Origin: Eledone cirrhosa
Taxonomy: Eukaryota
Reading direction: 5' to 3'
DNA: 64,000 nucleotides
Assembly (NCBI GenBank): GCA_964016885.1
Contig: OZ024749.1
Location: 9,114,001 to 9,178,000, forward strand
Position numbers and translations under genes: made by a program. Below, one piece after another: positions 47,301-58,308 of the stretch. The notes beneath the pieces were generated by a model. The model saw nothing but the letters and a program-made list of their open reading frames with translations. It was not told the DNA's origin and did no database searches. Position 1 is the stretch's first letter; every line of letters begins with the position of its first letter.

Positions 47301-49549
47301 AGGTATCGTACACACTAGATCACCAGGTCAACTGTGTTACAAGTTATAGTTCACACTAGTTCACCAGGTCAACTGTGTTACAATATATAGTACACACTAG
47401 TTCACCAGGTCAACTGTGTTACAAGATATAGTACACACTAGTTCACCAGGTCAACTGTGTTACAAGATATAGTACAGACTAGTTCACCAGGTCAACTGTG
47501 TTACAAGTTATAGTACACACTAGTTCACCAGGTCAACTCTGTTACAAGATATAGTACACACTAAATCACCAGGTCAACTGTGTTACAAGATATAGTACAC
47601 ACTAGTTCACCAGGTCAACTGTATTACAAGGTATAATACACACTAGTTCACCAGGTCAACTGTGTTACAAAGTATAGTACACACTAGTTCACCAGGTCAA
47701 CTGTGTTACATCTTATAGTACACACTAGTTCACCAGTTCAACTGTGTTACAAGGTATAGTACACACTAGTTCACCAGGTCAACTGTGTTACAACATATAG
47801 TACACACTAGTTCACCAGGTCAAATGTGTTACAATGTATAGTACACACTAGTTCACCAGGTCAACTGTGTTGCAAGATATAGTACACACTAGTTCACCAG
47901 GTCAACTGTGTTACAAGATATAGTACACACTAGTTCAGCAGGTCAACTATGTTACAAGATATAGTACACACTAGATCACCAGGTCAACCGTGTTACAAGG
48001 TATAATACACACTAGTTGACCAGGTCAACTGTGTTACAATATATAGTACACACTAGTTCACCAGGTCAACTGTGTTACAAGATATATTACACACTAGTTG
48101 ACCAGGTCAACTATGTTACAAGATATAGTACACACTAGTTCACCAGGTCAACCGTGTTACAAGGTATAGTACACACTAGTTGACCAGGTCAACTGTGTTA
48201 CAAGTAATAGTACACACTAGTTCACCGGGTCAACTGTGTTACAAGATATAGTACAGACTAGTTCACCGGGTCAACTGTGTAATAAGATATAATACACACT
48301 AGTTCACCAGTTCAACTGTGTTAAAAGTTATAGTACACACTAGTTCACCGGGTCAACTGTGTTACAAGATATAGTACAGACTAGTTCACCGGGTCAACTG
48401 TGTTACAAGATATAATACACACCAGTTCACCAGGTCAACTGTGTTACGAGATATAGTACACACTAGTTCACTAGATCAACTGTGCTACAATATATAGTAC
48501 ACACTAGTTCACCAGGTCAACTGTGTTACAAGGTGTAGTACACACTAGTTTACCATGTCAACTTTGTTACAAGATATAGTACACACTAGTTCACCAGGTC
48601 GACTGTGTTACAAGATATAGTACACACTAGTTCACCAGGTCAACTATGTTACAAGATATTGTACACACTAGTTCACCAGGTCAACTGTGTTACAAGATAT
48701 GGTACACACTAGTTCACCAGGTCAACTGTGTTACAAGATATAGTACACACTAGTTCACCAGGTCAACTGTGTTACAAGATATAGTACACACTAGTTCACT
48801 AGGTCAACTGTGTCACAACGTATAGTACACACTAGTTCACCAGGTCAACTGTGTTACAAGGTATAGTACACACTAGTTCACCAGGTCAACTGTGTTACAA
48901 GTTATTATACACACTAGTTCACCAGGTCAACTCTGTTACAAGGTATAGTACACACTAGTTCACCAGGTCAACCGTGTTACAAGGTATAGTACACACTAGT
49001 TCACCAGGTCAACCGTGTTACAAGGTATAGTACACACTAGTTCACCAGGTCAACTGTGTTACAAGGTATAGTACACACTAGTTCGCCAGGTCAACTGTGT
49101 TACAAGTTATAGTACACACTAATTCACCAGGCCAACTGTGTTACAAGGTATAGTACACACTAGTTGACCAGGTCAACTGTGTTACAATTTATAGTACACA
49201 CTAGTTCACCAGGTCAACTGTGTTACAAGGTATAGTACACACTAGTTGACCAGGTCAACTGTGTTACAAGTTATAGTACACACTAATTCACCAGGCCAAC
49301 TGTGTTACAAGGTATAGTACACACTAGTTGACCAGGTCAACTGTGTTACAAGTTATAGTACACACTAGTTGACCAGGTCAACTGTGTTACATGTTAAACT
49401 CTATAATCCTGTAAAAGAATAAAGGATAAAGATCCCATAACAGTTTGTGGAGTCGTAGAGGTGCCGCCATACGAGGTGTCTAGGGCACCTTTAAACCTGG
49501 CGGAGCACAACCCTCTCCATGTCTGATCAGGTGTTTTCTTTAGAGAAAG

Positions 49550-49705
49550 AATCGACCCCAATAATGGACTAGTACTTTTTTTTATCGACCTCGGAAGGAT
49601 GAAAGGCAAAGTTGACCGCGGTGGGATTTGAACTCAGAGCCTTCAATGAGGTGGGACGAATACCATAAAGCATTCAATCCGACATCTTAACGTCCTCTAC
49701 AATCC
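49550..49705 (-). mobile_element. tRNA-derived SINE, family A, degenerate
   Basis: The reverse complement reads ...gtcgga...atgcttt...ctgagttcaaatcccaccgcggtcaactttgcctttcatccttccgaggtcgataaaa...agtactag...ggggtcgat. It has a B-box (gagttcaaatcc) and aligns with the copies at 60842 and 61142. Confidence 0.85.
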
Positions 49706-50098
49706 AATGGTGAAATAGTTCAGTGGAAACGACTTATAAATAGAATCGAAATGGAATACAAAACAAGTTCTGTCTCCTTGAAATGAGAAATCGAGGTCAC
49801 AGGATTTTAAAATCTAAAAGCTTTAAATAGTAACTGCAGTATATTATAGTTAAATGGGTTGTAAATCTTTTTTTCTATTAGCAAGTGAATGTTATAAAAT
49901 GAATGTAAGAAATAACATCTGACATAGCTCTATTAAACATAAATATATTGACAGTACTATATTATCGGGAGTAGATATAAAGGAAGAATGGTGAAATAAT
50001 ATGTATGAGTCACGGAAAGAAGAGACAGAGTATGTAATGGATATGTTATATGTTGCCTACAGTTGTTAGTTCAATGGTGCAGTTGGATGCCAGAATCT

Positions 50099-50890
50099 TC
50101 ATAGAAATGTATGTGTATGACGACGTGCATCACTGAACTGCGATTGCTTATTCACGTCTGGTAGATGTTTTAGTACATTCGAAATATGTTGACCTCTTCC
50201 GTTGCACATAATTGACATCTCCTTGTTCCATTTAGATACGGTCTGCATTAATCTCTAATTCTCCATACTATGTTATCTGGAATAGTGGCGTCTTTTAATA
50301 ATCTTGCGCGTTTTGATAATGCTGTTGTGGCCCGTTGTTTTATCTTATTGAAAGGAAGCGGTGTGTTTTGGATACCATAATTTATAAGTTCCTTTCATTA
50401 TTCCGATATTTTTTTTTTTTTTTTTTTTTTTGCTCAGTTCTACGATTTTTGTCCGTGGATCTTAACTCTGCTTCATATAATACAGCTTGTATATTGCAAG
50501 TTGCTTCAAAGAGTTTGTCTCATTATTTCTGCATGTATATGACACGATTTAGGTGGCTTCTGTGAGCTTGTGTTCTTAATATCTGGAGAGCTTTCAAATT
50601 GATTCTCTTAATGGTAGTTCTGCAATATAGTTGTTTGGGGAGTTCTTAGCTATTAATTCCATACATTTTTTATTTATGTTAGACTCTACATTGAAAGAAA
50701 ATGATTGGGCCAACCATATAGTCTTATGAGACCTGGCTTTATATATGATTATAGGGGAGGGGACTATATATATAATCCTTTTTGAAGCTGCTATTTGATA
50801 AAACACTGTTATAATAAGGAGCTGTTCTATGAAAGACCTTTTCCAAAAAAAAAGAGACTGAGAGTTCTTTGGATGATATCATTTGTCTTT
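50099..50890 (-). pseudogene. Decayed Penelope-like retroelement ORF fragment: RT C-terminal/linker region and GIY-YIG endonuclease
   Basis: Manual minus-strand translation across frameshifts gives IIQRTLSL..VFHRTAPYYNSVLSNSSF..RSHKTIWLAQSFSFNVESNINKKCMELIAKNSP..CRN..TCNIQAVLYEAEL..NIGIMKGTYKLWYPKHTASF..TTALSKRARLLKD..IVWRIRD*CRPYLNGTRRCQLCATEE..VNKQSQFSDARRHTHTFL*. This follows the recalled motif order of Penelope-like ORFs (IIWFNPPFS.NV.TNIG; VVY.A; YIG; TELSK; RC.LC..EK; LNKRSE..CRH). Multiple stops and frameshifts are present. Confidence 0.85.
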
Positions 50891-50915
50891 AAACTCTATG
50901 AGTGGCAGTCTTTTT

Positions 50916-50990
50916 TATTATATTTATTATAAGTTTTATAAGTATTAAAATAAGTATTATATTTATTATAAGTTTTATAAGTATTAAAAT
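50916..50990 (+). repeat. AT-rich direct repeat, 2 x 36 bp, period 39
   Basis: tattatatttattataagttttataagtattaaaat at 50916 and 50955. Confidence 0.9.
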
Positions 50991-51198
50991 TTAGATTCAT
51001 AGAAATTAGCCATTTTTTAAAATAAGTACAAATAGAAAATTTCACTCCTATGTGTTGATGAAGAGCTTTTTAAAACTAGCCACTACGTGACTTTTAGATA
51101 CTGCGAGACTGTCGTCGTTACTGGATGAAACAATGTTGAATTTCTTTTGGTGTTCAGAAACACGCCAAATTTTCGTTAAATCATTTCAAACTTTCAAA

Positions 51199-51200
<2 letters not shown>

Positions 51201-51258
<58 letters not shown>
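51201..51258. repeat. (TA)n microsatellite
   Basis: Pure TA run. Confidence 0.97.
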
Positions 51259-51259
<1 letters not shown>

Positions 51260-51335
51260 CGAAGGAAATGTGGTAAGGAACCAGATGGACCATAACGCAC
51301 CAAAGTACTCAATACTTAGGGTAGTAGAGTGGGTA

Positions 51336-51467
51336 ATAGGAACGAGTAGGACCCAGACGGCTGAGCTCAAGCCGTTTCGACGGCTAATTCTGGACTAAAA
51401 CTAAAGGTTTTAGTCCAGAATTAGCCGTCGAAACGGCTTGAGCTCAGCCGTCGGGGTCCTACTCGTT

Positions 51468-51472
<5 letters not shown>
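51336..51472. repeat. Near-perfect inverted repeat, 66-bp arms, 5-bp loop
   Basis: Arm 51336-51401 is the reverse complement of 51407-51472 at 65/66 positions (mismatch at 51355). The loop is TAAAG. Confidence 0.97.
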
Positions 51473-51491
<19 letters not shown>

Positions 51492-51503
<12 letters not shown>

Positions 51504-51798
51504 CAAAAGGGATATTCATATATAACTAGCCACGAAAAACTTGAACCGTTAAGATATGTCAATGTTTATAAAACAAACTTTGTATTTTATCTGATGAGGG
51601 CGTACCAAAGTTTTGGTACCCTTGAAATATATATAATAGAATAAATATGGTTTTATAAATATAGTTTCCATTTATTAATATCATTGATATATATATATTT
51701 TTTTATAAATATTTGCTCTGGGGTTCTTATATATTTGATATATATTTATCCTTATCGAGCCCTCTTTGGATTTTAGTCTTCAAATTTATTATTATAAC
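51492..51798 (+). mobile_element. Probable Penelope-like pseudo-LTR fragment inserted in (TA)n
   Basis: Unique segment bounded on both sides by TA runs. It carries the hammerhead motif followed by AATAAA at 51640-45. Confidence 0.55.
51583..51643 (+). ncRNA. Minimal type I hammerhead ribozyme motif (Penelope-type), partly degenerate
   Basis: Stem I: tattttat (51583-90) pairs with atagaata (51636-43). Core CTGATGA is at 51591-97. Stem II is gggcgtaccaaa/tttggtaccctt (51598-51623). GAAA is at 51624-27, followed by palindromic TATATA as stem III. The AUA cleavage triplet ends at 51635. Confidence 0.75.
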
Positions 51799-51955
<157 letters not shown>

Positions 51956-52107
51956 ATCACATAAGAAACGGAGAATCAGTGGTGCGACGAATTAAAATTT
52001 ATTAGACATATTACAATCGTTTCTCTGGCGACCAGCTCGAAGCACGATCGATGCAATGATCGAACCTGACTCTGAAATCGCAAGATCCTCATATACGTCT
52101 CGATTCT

Positions 52108-52113
52108 ACATAT

Positions 52114-52187
<74 letters not shown>

Positions 52188-52680
52188 TCACATATTCACA
52201 CGTACATATATTCACACACATACACAAACACACTCTCATATACACCCATATAGATACTTACACACACATAGGCATATTTACACATACATAAAAGCATACA
52301 TACTCGGAATATATATACTCACACACAAACATATACAAACATATACAAACATATGCACACACAAGAACAGACACTTAAACACATACACACATTTAAATTT
52401 ACACACACATACACATACACAGACACAGACACATACATACATACACACACACACATAAACAGACAGACACACACATACACACACAAATACACACACATAT
52501 ACACACATATACACACACACATACGCACACACATACACACACATACACACACATACACACACACAAACACACATACACACACATGCACACATACACACGC
52601 ACATACACACGCAGACACATACACACATACTCACATATACACACATATATATACACACACACACAAATACACAAACACGT
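52108..52680. repeat. (TA)n followed by degenerate (CA)n/(CATA)n tract
   Basis: Direct reading. Confidence 0.95.
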
Positions 52681-52736
52681 GCTTTCTTCTCTCTCCGATT
52701 CCTGTCCAATAACTCAATAAACTCACAGCCACGTGA

Positions 52737-53098
52737 TCACCACCACGACCACCATCACCACCATCACCACCACCATCATCACCACCACCATCACTATCAT
52801 CACCACGACCACCATCACCACCATCACCACTACCATCACCACCAGCACCACCACCACCACCACCATCACCACCATCACCACCACCATCACCACCACCACC
52901 ACCATCATCACCACCACCATCACTATCATCACCACCACCACCACCACCATCACCACCACCATCACCACCACCACCACCACCACCACCACCACCACCACCA
53001 TCATCACCACCACCATCACTATCATCACCACCACCACCACCACCATCACCACCATCACCACCACCATCACCATCATCACCACCACCACCACCACCACC

Positions 53099-53131
<33 letters not shown>

Positions 53132-53218
53132 ATCACCACCACCATCACTATCATCACCACCACCACCACCACCATCACCACCATCACCGCCACCATCACC
53201 ATCATCACCACCACCACC

Positions 53219-53251
<33 letters not shown>

Positions 53252-53305
53252 ATCACCACCACCATCACTATCATCACCACCACCATCACCACCACCACCA
53301 CCACC

Positions 53306-53336
<31 letters not shown>

Positions 53337-53395
53337 CCATCATCACCACCACCATCACTATCATCACCACCACCACCACCACCATCATCGCCACC

Positions 53396-53426
<31 letters not shown>

Positions 53427-53479
53427 CCATCACCACCACCATCACCACCACCACCATCACCACCACCACCACCACCAGC

Positions 53480-53513
<34 letters not shown>

Positions 53514-53560
53514 CCACCATCACCACCATCACCACCACCATCATCACCATCACCGCCATC
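52737..53560. repeat. Compound (CAC)n/(CAT)n trinucleotide tract with internal duplications
   Basis: caccaccat units with recurring catcactatcat and cagcaccac markers. Confidence 0.96.
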
Positions 53561-53621
53561 AATATACAGAAATATCTATTCAACCCATCGGTCCTCAGAT
53601 TACTTAATTCTCTATCTTGTG

Positions 53622-54565
<944 letters not shown>

Positions 54566-54639
54566 CCTTGACTGTGTGTCTTCCCTTCTTTCGCTCACCC
54601 CCCCCCTCCATCTCTTGGTCTTCATATCAGTCAATCAAT

Positions 54640-55235
54640 CTCTCTCCTTCCCTCTGTCACTCCCTCTCCCTCTCCCTCCTCCCTCCCTCTCTCTCACATA
54701 CTATCTACCATCAATCTAACCTTGACTGTCCCTCTCTCTCTCTCTCTCTGTCTCTGTCTCTCTCACACACACACTCACATACACCATCTATATCACACAC
54801 ACACACACACGGTCTCTCTCTCTCTCTCTCTCTCTCACACCATCTCTCAAACACACACACCATCTCTCTCTCTCACACACACACACACCATCTCTCTCAC
54901 ACACACCATCTCTCTCTCTCACACACACACACACACCATCACACACACACACACCATCACACACACTTACACACACACACTTACACTATCTCTCTTCCAA
55001 TCAATCTATGTATGTAACCTTGTCTCTCTCTATCTCCCTATCTCTCTCTCTCCCTATCTCTCTCCCTCCTCTCTCCCCCTCTCCCTCTCTCCCTCCTCTC
55101 TCTCTCTCTCTGTCCCTCTCTCCCTCCTCTATCTCTCTCCCTCCTCTCTCTCTCTCCCTCTCTCCCTCCCCCTCCTCTCTCCCTCTCTCCCTCCTCTATC
55201 TCTCTCCCAATCAATCTATGTATGTAACCTTGTCT
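54640..55235. repeat. (CT)n/(CA)n tract containing a duplicated ~30-bp unique motif
   Basis: ccaatcaatctatgtatgtaaccttgtct occurs near 54997 and 55207. Confidence 0.9.
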
Positions 55236-55295
55236 GTCTATTTCAACCTGTTGAAGTTATCCCATCACATGAGATTACAGTCGCATGGCACACGG

Positions 55296-55313
55296 TGTGT
55301 GTATGTATATATC

Positions 55314-55379
<66 letters not shown>

Positions 55380-55412
55380 TATAGATATATATATATATAT
55401 ATATATATAGAG

Positions 55413-55469
<57 letters not shown>

Positions 55470-55513
55470 TATATCTATATATATATATATAGATATATAT
55501 ATATATATATATC

Positions 55514-55547
<34 letters not shown>

Positions 55548-55583
55548 TATATATATATAGATATATATCTATCTATCTATCTA

Positions 55584-55617
<34 letters not shown>

Positions 55618-55644
55618 TATAGATAGATATATATATATATATAT

Positions 55645-55695
<51 letters not shown>

Positions 55696-55749
55696 TATAT
55701 ATGCATATAAATGCATATATATCTGTATATATATATAGTGGTGTAGGAA

Positions 55750-55804
<55 letters not shown>
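55296..55804. repeat. (TA)n/(GA)n compound microsatellite
   Basis: Direct reading. Confidence 0.95.
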
Positions 55805-55808
<4 letters not shown>

Positions 55809-55925
55809 AGGCGTGTGGCTGAGTGGTTAGAGAATTGGATTCGCAATCGTAAGGTTGTGAGTTCGATTCCTGGACCAGGCGATACGTTGTGTCCTTGAGC
55901 AAGACACTTTATTTCACGTTGCTTC
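55809..55925 (+). mobile_element. tRNA-derived CORE-like SINE, family B, 3'-truncated
   Basis: A-box tggctgagtgg at 55816-26 and B-box gagttcgattcc at 55859-70, followed by the CORE-like gtgtccttgagcaagacactt. It is homologous to the copy at 63778. Confidence 0.85.
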
Positions 55926-56029
55926 TTCTACCTGGAGTTGCGACCAATAGATAGTATTAGCAATTGGAAAGACCAATGGAAACATTGTTTCCTCGGTCCG
56001 ATTTGACGAAAGTCGATCGATTGGAAAAA

Positions 56030-56107
56030 ATATATAAATATATGTATATATATGTGTATATATATGTATATTATATATATATATATGTATATATGTGTAT
56101 ATATATG

Positions 56108-56149
<42 letters not shown>

Positions 56150-56368
56150 ATATATATATATAGAGAGATATATAGAGAGAGATATATACATACACATATA
56201 TACACATATACACATATACATACACACACACACATATATATGTGTATATATATATAGAGAGAGATATATATATAGAGAGATATATACATACACATATATA
56301 CACATATACACATATACATACACACACACACATATATATATATAGATGCATGTGTGCATATGTGTCAT
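56030..56368. repeat. (TA)/(CA)/(GA) compound microsatellite
   Basis: Direct reading. Confidence 0.93.
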
Positions 56369-56435
56369 ATTGAACGTCCGCTTTCCCTGCTAGCAAGGCG
56401 TATATATATAAATATATATGTGTGTGTGATGGAGT

Positions 56436-57950
56436 TGGTGGCAGTGGTGTAGGAGGTAGTGGTAGTGTAGGAGGTAGTGGTAGTGGTAGTGTAGGAGGTA
56501 GTGGTATAGGAGGTAGTGGTAGTGGTGGTGTAGGAGGTAGTGGTAGTGTAGGAGGTAGTGGTAGTGGTAGTGTAGGAGGTAGTGGTATAGGAGGTAGTGG
56601 TAGTGGTAGTGTAGGAGGTAGTGGTATAGGAGGTAGTGGTAGTGGTAGTGTAGGAGGTAGTGGTATAGGAGGTAGTGGTAGTGGTAGTGTAGGAGGTAGT
56701 GGTATAGGAGGTAGTGGTAGTGGTAGTGTAGGAGGTAGTGGTATAGGAGGTAGTGGTATAGGAGGTAGTGGTAGTGGTAGTGTAGGAGGTAGTGGTATAG
56801 GAGGTAGTGGTAGTGGTAGTGGTATAGGAGGTAGTGGTATAGGAGGTAGTGGTAGTGGTAGTGTAGGAGGTAGTGGTATAGGAGGTAGTGGTAGTGGTAG
56901 TGTAGGAGGTAGTGGTATAGGAGGTAGTGGTAGTGGTAGTGGTATAGGAGGTAGTGGTATAGGAGGTAGTGGTAGTGGTAGTGTAGGAGGTAGTGGTATA
57001 GGAGGTAGTGGTAGTGGTAGTGTAGGAGGTAGTGGTATAGGAGGTAGTGGTAGTGGTAGTGTAGGAGGTAGTGGTATAGGAGGTAGTGGTATAGGAGGTA
57101 GTGGTAGTGGTGGTGTAGGAGGTAGTGGTATAGGAGGTAGTGGTATAGGAGGTAGTGGTAGTGGTAGTGTAGGAGGTAGTGGTATAGGAGGTAGTGGTAG
57201 TGGTAGTGGTATAGGAGGTAGTGGTATAGGAGGTAGTGGTAGTGGTAGTGTAGGAGGTAGTGGTATAGGAGGTAGTGGTAGTGGTAGTGTAGGAGGTAGT
57301 GGTATAGGAGGTAGTGGTAGTGGTAGTGGTATAGGAGGTAGTGGTATAGGAGGTAGTGGTAGTGGTAGTGTAGGAGGTAGTGGTATAGGAGGTAGTGGTA
57401 GTGTATGAGGTAGTGGTAGTGGTAGTGTAGGAGGTAGTGGTATAGGAGGTAGTGGTAGTGGTAGTGTAGGAGGTAGTGGTATAGGAGGTAGTGGTATAGG
57501 AGGTAGTGGTAGTGGTGGTGTAGGAGGTAGTGGTATAGGAGGTAGTGGTATAGGAGGTAGTGGTAGTGGTAGTGTAGGAGGTAGTGGTATAGGAGGTAGT
57601 GGTATAGGAGGTAGTGGTAGTGGTAGTGTAGGAGGTAGTGGTATAGGAGGTAGTGGTAGTGGTAGTGGTATAGGAGGTAGTGGTATAGGAGGTAGTGGTA
57701 GTGGTAGTGTAGGAGGTAGTGGTATAGGAGGTAGTGGTAGTGGTAGTGGTATAGGAGGTAGTGGTATAGGAGGTAGTGGTATAGGAGGTAGTGGTATAGG
57801 AGGTAGTGGTAGTGGTAGTGTAGGAGGTAGTGGTATAGGAGGTAGTGGTAGTGGTAGTGGTATAGGAGGTAGTGGTATAGGAGGTAGTGGTATAGGAGGT
57901 AGTGGTATAGGAGGTAGTGGTAGTGGTAGTGTAGGAGGTAGTGGTAGTGT
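56436..57950. repeat. G-rich minisatellite built from GGAGGTAGTGGTATA (15 bp) and GGAGGTAGTGGTAGTGGTAGTGTA (24 bp) units
   Basis: Direct reading. The plus strand is essentially free of C. Confidence 0.97.
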
Positions 57951-58052
57951 CCAGGGATGTTATATATTTAATCAATATTTTCACAACCTGTTCCGCTTTA
58001 TTAAGTTTTTTTAACAGTGGAAATTATTGGACCGAGGAGAATCACTGACGAA

Positions 58053-58171
58053 CATATATATATATATATAGACACATATATATATATGTATATAGACACA
58101 CATATATATATATATATATAGACACATATATATATATGTATATAGACACATATATATATATGTATATATAG

Positions 58172-58212
<41 letters not shown>

Positions 58213-58261
58213 TATATATATATATGTTTATAGACACATATATATAGATACACATATATAA

Positions 58262-58308
<47 letters not shown>

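Larger units (their letters stand above)
1..49392 (+). repeat. 41-bp tandem satellite array, ~1200 monomers, single orientation, continues beyond the left edge of the window
   Basis: Consensus CTAGTTCACCAGGTCAACTGTGTTACAAGATATAGTACACA repeats with period 41 (CACCAGG at 1, GACCAGG at 42) and 0-3 substitutions per copy. It ends abruptly at ...actgtgttaca(tgtta) near 49391-49396. The ORF track has no ORF here. Confidence 0.99.

Noticed and set aside
1-49392. CRISPR array (palindromic ~40-bp repeats)
   Set aside because: The repeats are contiguous with no unique spacers, there are no cas genes, and the context is eukaryotic.
1-49392. Coding tandem repeat
   Set aside because: The period of 41 is not a multiple of 3 and each monomer has TAG on both strands (CTAG), so all frames close quickly.
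49394-49609. 71-aa minus-strand ORF
   Set aside because: It starts inside a SINE and has no recognisable domain.
50335-50565. 76-aa plus-strand ORF
   Set aside because: It is antisense to the Penelope-like relic, and its poly-F comes from a T run.
51121-51170. ctggatga...gaaacacgc as another hammerhead
   Set aside because: The core box is imperfect and stems I and II are not convincing.
55809-55880. tRNA gene
   Set aside because: A and B boxes are present but there is no full cloverleaf, and the sequence continues into a SINE body.
55990-58038. 13-bp inverted match tcctcggtccgat / attggaccgagga as TIRs around the G-rich minisatellite
   Set aside because: The match is too short, not at clear element boundaries, and has no TSD.
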